Shown here: piece after piece, positions 60,082 to 64,000 of the stretch
Numbering within the stretch: position 1 is the stretch's first letter
Layout of the letters: the number at the start of each line of letters is the position of its first letter
Assembly: GCA_016783125.1 (NCBI GenBank)
Contig: JADHXE010000001.1
Location: 124 to 64,123, forward strand
Length of the DNA: 64,000 nucleotides
Direction: 5' to 3'
From: Anaerolineales bacterium
GTDB lineage: Bacteria; Chloroflexota; Anaerolineae; Anaerolineales; UBA11858
Translations under genes and position numbers: made by a program
The notes under the pieces: generated by a model
What the model saw: the letters and a program-made list of their open reading frames with translations, nothing else
Told to the model about the DNA's origin: nothing
Databases searched by the model: none

Positions 60082-61068
60082 ATGACAAAGACACATTCAG
60101 ATCTCCTGGCAACCTGTTTGGAAGCGATAGAACGGGGTGATATGACCTTGGAAGAAGCCCTGAAACGTTATCCCAAACAACGGGCGGAACTGGAGCCCCT
60201 GCTGAAAGCAGCTATTGATATGCAAAAGGCGCCGTCGGTATCCCCCCGCCCAGCCTTCCGCCGTGCAGCCCGGGTACGCTTGCTCAATCGTCTCTCTCCT
60301 CGCCAACCTGTAACGTTTTGGCCTCGATTTCGTCTTATATGGCAGACCACAAAACCAAACATATACAGGAGGTTTGCCATGACATGGATATTGATTTTGA
60401 CTGTACTAGCAACTTTGGTGGGCGGTGGGGGCGTGGCCTATGCATCAGGAGACGCCCTTCCGGGGGATGTGCTCTATCCGGTCAAGACCGGCATCGAAGA
60501 TGTGCGCCTGACGATCGCGGATAATGCCGGAGATGTGGGACTTTATGCCCAATTTGCCCAGGCGCGCGTGGAGGAAATCCAGGCGTTGGTGGCGGAGGGA
60601 AGGTATGCTGATATTCCACTCGCTGCACAGCGTTTCGAGAATCAAGTGGCGGAAGCAGCCCGTGCGCTGGCCAGCGCGGCCGCGGAGGACACCGCCCGTG
60701 CTGAAGCCCTGGCCGCCCTTTTGGGTGAGGCCCTGTCTGTTCATACACAGGTTTTGACTTCCCTGCTTGGCCAAGTGCCAGAACAAGCTAAACCTGCCAT
60801 CGAACATGCTGAGAACGTTTCAAGTATGGGGCAGACGGTGATCGAGCAGTTGATGCAGGGCGAGATCCCGTTTGGACCGCCCGATGAAGCTGGGCCGCCT
60901 GACGATGCCGGGCCGCCTGATGATGCCGGGCCTCCTGATGATGCTGGGCCGCCTGACGATGCCGGGCCCCCTGAAGGCGTTGGACCTCCTACGCTCACAC
61001 CCATAATCGCTAACCAGCCTGGGGGACCGCCTGCTGGGACACCTGGTGGAAGCGGTGGAAGGCCTTAA
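60082..61068 (+). CDS. Anti-sigma factor-like membrane protein (DUF5667-like ectodomain) with Gly/Pro/Asp repeat tail
   Basis: It starts 1 nt after the sigma stop. It has one TM segment, 'WILILTVLATLVGGGGVAY'. 'GDVLYPVKTGIEDVRL' is typical of DUF5667. A GPPDDA repeat forms the C-terminus. Confidence 0.7.
   Translation: MTKTHSDLLATCLEAIERGDMTLEEALKRYPKQRAELEPLLKAAIDMQKAPSVSPRPAFRRAARVRLLNRLSPRQPVTFWPRFRLIWQTTKPNIYRRFAMTWILILTVLATLVGGGGVAYASGDALPGDVLYPVKTGIEDVRLTIADNAGDVGLYAQFAQARVEEIQALVAEGRYADIPLAAQRFENQVAEAARALASAAAEDTARAEALAALLGEALSVHTQVLTSLLGQVPEQAKPAIEHAENVSSMGQTVIEQLMQGEIPFGPPDEAGPPDDAGPPDDAGPPDDAGPPDDAGPPEGVGPPTLTPIIANQPGGPPAGTPGGSGGRP
60874..60990 (+). repeat. 18-bp coding tandem repeat (about 6.5 units) encoding GPPD(D/E)A
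   Basis: GGnCCnCCnGAnGAnGCn units start at 60874, 60892, 60910, 60928, 60946 and 60964, with a partial unit at 60982. Confidence 0.9.
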
Positions 61069-61118
61069 TTCCTAGATGTCAAGAGTCTCAAAATATCTGA
61101 ACGAGAGATAAAACACAG

Positions 61119-61170
61119 AAGTTCCCCCCACGGTTTTCTAAAAGCCCAGAGGGGAACTTATCTTTTCTCA
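61119..61170 (+). terminator. Terminator-like hairpin downstream of the anti-sigma gene
   Basis: The stem is AAGTTCCCC / GGGGAACTT with a 23-nt loop, followed by ATCTTTTCTC. Confidence 0.45.
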
Positions 61171-61476
61171 GTGGTCATCCCATCTGCTTTAGAAACCTTG
61201 TCTTACAACAATTTTTACGTTGATTGTTCTAACATTCAACGTTCTAACAACTTGGATTCAACTCGCTAATTGCAACGGAACGCTCAAAGAATATCTTAAA
61301 GTGATTTGGAATCAAGGTATTTTCTTGGACGATGATTGAGTTTGTTCATGATCAGAATCAATTCTTCGTCTGAAACTGTATCAAGGTGTCGGTTCCTGGG
61401 AATGTATTGGCTGAAATATCAAACGGACTTTAGTTGCCCATCCAACAGGTAGTTTGAGCTTTTGAGATGAAAGATT

Positions 61477-61512
61477 AAATGCATTCCACATTTTCAGGCG
61501 TGGAATGCATTT
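61477..61512. terminator. 13-bp stem hairpin immediately downstream of cysE
   Basis: AAATGCATTCCAC-attttcaggc-GTGGAATGCATTT, starting 4 nt after the cysE stop. Confidence 0.5.
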
Positions 61513-61515
61513 AGC

Positions 61516-62280
61516 TTATATCGAAAAGTCTTCAACCTGCCAGGTACCGTTTTTCGAAATCTGGGTGACGGATTTGGCAGTTTTATATCCGCCAATTTGG
61601 TCTTCAAGCGTTTCAACCCGCTCAACCAATTGTTTCAGTGTTCCGCCAATGACATCAGGGAGTTTGGAGTGATTAAGATCGGGTATTGATCGCAATTGAG
61701 GGGATTTGCTGCGCGCGATGTTTTGTCCCGGCACACCCACAACTACCGAATTTACTGGCACTGATTTCACCACTACGGCATTAGTCCCGATACGAGTGTC
61801 ACCCCCAATAGTAATGGCACCCAAAACTTTTGCACCTGCACCAATCACAACTCGATCTCCAATCGTTGGGTGGCGCTTCTTCTTAACATTACTTGTTCCA
61901 CCCAATGTGACCCCGTGGTACAGGGTCACATCTTCCCCAATTTCAGAAGTCTCGCCGATGACCACCCCCATACCATGGTCAATGAATAGACCAGGACCGA
62001 GGGTAGCACCGGGATGGATTTCGATGCCAGTCAGGCTTCGGACGATTTGGGAAATCCACCGGCCTAACAGCTTGAGGTTGTGGATCCAAAACCAATGCGC
62101 CAATCTATGGCCCCACACTGCATGAAGGCCGGGATAACAGAGCAACACTTCAAGGATGCTGCGCACCGCCGGGTCTCGCTCAAAGGTGGACGCAATATCC
62201 CGGCGGATTGTGAGAAAAGCAGCAGCCACTGACTGGATCGGACAGATTCGTAATCTCTGGTGTAAGTTTTTAAGAGTCAT
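61516..62280 (-). CDS. cysE: Serine O-acetyltransferase
   Basis: 'ERDPAVRS', '[12 protein letters not shown]', '[11 protein letters not shown]' and '[15 protein letters not shown]' are present, with hexapeptide repeats. The C-terminus ends in ..DFSI; a C-terminal Ile is the CysK-docking residue in characterised CysE proteins. Confidence 0.9.
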   Translation of the reverse strand: MTLKNLHQRLRICPIQSVAAAFLTIRRDIASTFERDPAVRSILEVLLCYPGLHAVWGHRLAHWFWIHNLKLLGRWISQIVRSLTGIEIHPGATLGPGLFIDHGMGVVIGETSEIGEDVTLYHGVTLGGTSNVKKKRHPTIGDRVVIGAGAKVLGAITIGGDTRIGTNAVVVKSVPVNSVVVGVPGQNIARSKSPQLRSIPDLNHSKLPDVIGGTLKQLVERVETLEDQIGGYKTAKSVTQISKNGTWQVEDFSI

Positions 62281-62294
62281 TTTGAACGCCTAAG

Positions 62295-63227
62295 TTATTC
62301 GGCTAAATCCTGAAAGAGCGGGGTGCTCAGATATCGCTCACCAAATGAAGGAATGATGACGACGATCAATTTCCCGGCGTTTTCAGGGCGGCACGCCACC
62401 TGAAGGGCAGCCCAGGTCGCGGCTCCAGACGAGATGCCGACCAATAGCCCCTCCTGGACTGCCATATCTCGAGCGGTCTGCATAGCGTCCTCATCTTTGA
62501 CACGGATCACTTCGTCAAAGACCTGAGTATTGAGTACCCCGGGGACAAACCCCGCCCCGATTCCCTGAATACCGTGGGGACCTTTCTGCCCACCAGACAG
62601 GACTGGCGACCCATCTGGTTCGACAGCGACTACTTTGAAGGTTGGTTTGCGGGCTTTTAGTACCTCGCCAACCCCGGTTATCGTTCCCCCAGTACCAATT
62701 CCGGCCACCAAAATATCAGCCTGCCCGTCCGTATCCCGCCAGATCTCTTCAGCCGTGGTTCGGCGGTGAATTTCAGGATTGGCCGGATTCTGAAATTGTT
62801 GTGGAATGAAGTAACGCGAGTCAGTAGCGACCAATTCCTCAGCTGTGCTGATGGCACCTTCCATACCTTCACTACCAGGAGTGAGAATTAATTCAGCCCC
62901 ATAGGCACGCAACAGCATCCGGCGTTCCTGGCTCATCGTATCAGGCATAACCAACGCGCAGCGATACCCACGAGCCGCGCAAACCATGGCCAACGCGATC
63001 CCGGTATTGCCGCTGGTGGGTTCAAGGACGATAGTATCGGGTTGGATTAGCCTGGCTTTTTCGGCTGCATCGATCATGGCAACGCCGATGCGGTCCTTTA
63101 CGCTGTGAGCCGGATTGTAAAACTCAAGCTTCACAACAATTTTAGATTCAGTACCCTTACTAATCCGCTTTAGCCGGACAAGAGGGGTGTTTCCAACAAG
63201 TTCAGTGATATTGCTAGCGATATTCAT
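62295..63227 (-). CDS. cysK: Cysteine synthase A (O-acetylserine sulfhydrylase)
   Basis: '[11 protein letters not shown]' (PLP lysine), '[10 protein letters not shown]' and '[10 protein letters not shown]'. Confidence 0.95.
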   Translation of the reverse strand: MNIASNITELVGNTPLVRLKRISKGTESKIVVKLEFYNPAHSVKDRIGVAMIDAAEKARLIQPDTIVLEPTSGNTGIALAMVCAARGYRCALVMPDTMSQERRMLLRAYGAELILTPGSEGMEGAISTAEELVATDSRYFIPQQFQNPANPEIHRRTTAEEIWRDTDGQADILVAGIGTGGTITGVGEVLKARKPTFKVVAVEPDGSPVLSGGQKGPHGIQGIGAGFVPGVLNTQVFDEVIRVKDEDAMQTARDMAVQEGLLVGISSGAATWAALQVACRPENAGKLIVVIIPSFGERYLSTPLFQDLAE

Positions 63228-63263
63228 TTCAGTATTTCCTTTAAATCAATACGACCAACTGAC

Positions 63264-63331
63264 AAAAAAAAGACGGCTTTCGAGCGCCATGCATATCAAG
63301 CTTGCATGCGGGGTCGTCTACCGTCTTTCAG
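63264..63331 (-). terminator. Intrinsic terminator inside the cysK leader (attenuator regions 3:4)
   Basis: On the minus strand, CUGAAAGACGG (63331-63321) ... CCGUCUUUUUUUU (63276-63264). It is enclosed by the outer stem ACGACCAACTG / CAGTTGGTCGT (63251-63343). The cysK Shine-Dalgarno sequence follows directly. Confidence 0.6.
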
Positions 63332-63365
63332 CCAGTTGGTCGTTTATATTTCTGAAGAGGCGGTA

Positions 63366-63431
63366 TTACGATCCCCGCCTCAGACACAGGCAAAATAACA
63401 TATATCGTTCTCCAGGTAAGTGAAATTTCAT
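63366..63431 (-). CDS. Candidate Cys-codon leader peptide of the cysK-cysE attenuator
   Basis: ATG 63401, preceded by GGAGA with a 7-nt spacer, gives MLFCLCLRRGS*. An in-frame ATG at 63431 lies only ~8 nt after the -10 box (possibly leaderless) and gives MKFHLPGERYMLFCLCLRRGS*. The stop UAA (63366-63368) sits in the loop of hairpin GAGGCGG/CCGCCUC. Confidence 0.45.
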   Translation of the reverse strand: MKFHLPGERYMLFCLCLRRGS

Positions 63432-63438
63432 AGCTTAT

Positions 63439-63466
63439 ATTGTATGGGGACTGAGGTTCTTGTCAA
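63439..63466 (-). promoter_or_regulatory. Sigma-70-type promoter of the cysK-cysE leader
   Basis: On the minus strand, TTGACA (63466-63461), a 16-nt spacer, then TACAAT (63444-63439). Confidence 0.55.
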
Positions 63467-63505
63467 GGGTTAGCCGGCACCGGCCAGGGCAATCGCATCA
63501 TATGT

Positions 63506-64000
63506 TCAGACAACTGAGGATAGTCCGGAGAGGATATCAAGCAAATAATCATCATTCCACCCAGCGATTAGGCGTTTGCCACGGATACTGCGTTTGCAAG
63601 AAGTCTCCATCCTGAGTAAGTTCAAAGCAATATGGCGCAGGATGGCGAAGTTCTCAGGGCCATGGTCTTTGCGAACTCTGCTACGGTCTTCGTCAAAAGA
63701 AATATCAAGCACCCAGTGTAGTCTGTTTTCAATGCCCCAGTGAGAGCGCACAGATTGCAGTATCCGTTTAGCGCCACAAATACTGGCAATATGGTAGCGG
63801 TATTCGGTGCTTTTCTTTTCGCCAATGATGCGCTGGGAGCGGATACGGGAAACCGTACGCAATTTCTTCCAATTGTCAAAGCCGCGTAAGTAGCGCAATA
63901 TTTCCGGATCGGAGATTGTCCAACATTCGCAGATTTCAATCCGACCGTGACCTTTATCCACGGTCTTCGTGTAATCATATTGTATAAGCAGAGTAGTTGC
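63506..64000 (-). mobile_element. ISAs1-family (IS4-like DDE) transposase, C-terminal part; gene continues past the right window edge
   Basis: 'KGHGRIEICECW' and 'RSHWGIENRLHWVLDISFDEDRSRVRKDHGPENFAILRHIALNLL' are present. The frame stays open upstream of the track start to nt 64000 (..ATTLLIQYDYTKTVDKGHG..). Confidence 0.85.

Noticed and set aside
60874-60990. A regular 18-bp repeat might be a mini CRISPR-like array.
   Set aside because: The units are contiguous with no spacers, are in frame, and encode GPPDDA within a continuous ORF. No cas genes are in the window.
63298-63309. The string AAGCTTGCATGC (HindIII-SphI) is identical to 12 nt of the pUC polylinker, which raised the possibility of cloning-vector contamination.
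   Set aside because: Only 12 nt match, and the flanks diverge immediately (GGGG versus CTGCAGG). The string forms part of a native imperfect hairpin inside the cysK leader terminator loop.

Overview
This is a 64-kb bacterial chromosomal window of roughly 50% GC, with almost all genes on the minus strand. The protein and repeat content resembles Chloroflexota/Anaerolineae, but that is an unverified inference.

Left to right:
(i) 0-9.6 kb is a decayed accessory zone. It holds two tandem type I R-M hsdM paralogs (one broken by an in-frame TAA plus a frameshift), a Ser/Thr-kinase remnant, a secreted glycoside-hydrolase-like lipoprotein, an EamA/DMT permease with a His-rich tail, and a degenerate serine recombinase.
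(ii) 9.6-28.6 kb is a carbohydrate locus. It holds a GalT-GalK fusion, an Opp/Dpp-type ABC importer, LacI/DeoR/AraC regulators, a sugar-kinase-like ATPase and a cupin-type PGI. Unusually, it also holds three URO-D/MtaA-family paralogs and a DxHxxG corrinoid protein.
(iii) 28.6-32.5 kb is a mobile-element graveyard plus HicAB.
(iv) Next come an MFS transporter and an unknown lipoprotein.
(v) 35.6-54.3 kb is a signal-transduction island. It holds two binding-protein/histidine-kinase modules (one kinase split by an in-frame TGA), five receiver proteins, an HD-GYP protein, a GGDEF protein and a 1524-aa PAS/GAF kinase.
(vi) An FMN-riboswitch-controlled ribD-ribE-ribBA-ribH operon ends in a histidine-phosphatase gene.
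(vii) An ECF sigma factor (in-frame TGA) is paired with an anti-sigma factor.
(viii) cysK-cysE is preceded by what looks like a Cys-codon leader-peptide attenuator.
(ix) A partial ISAs1-type transposase lies at the right edge.

I found no rRNA, tRNA or CRISPR array.

The strongest candidates for something undescribed are the corrinoid/URO-D module embedded in the sugar locus and the cysteine leader-peptide attenuator. All functional calls rest on motif recognition by eye; no searches were run.
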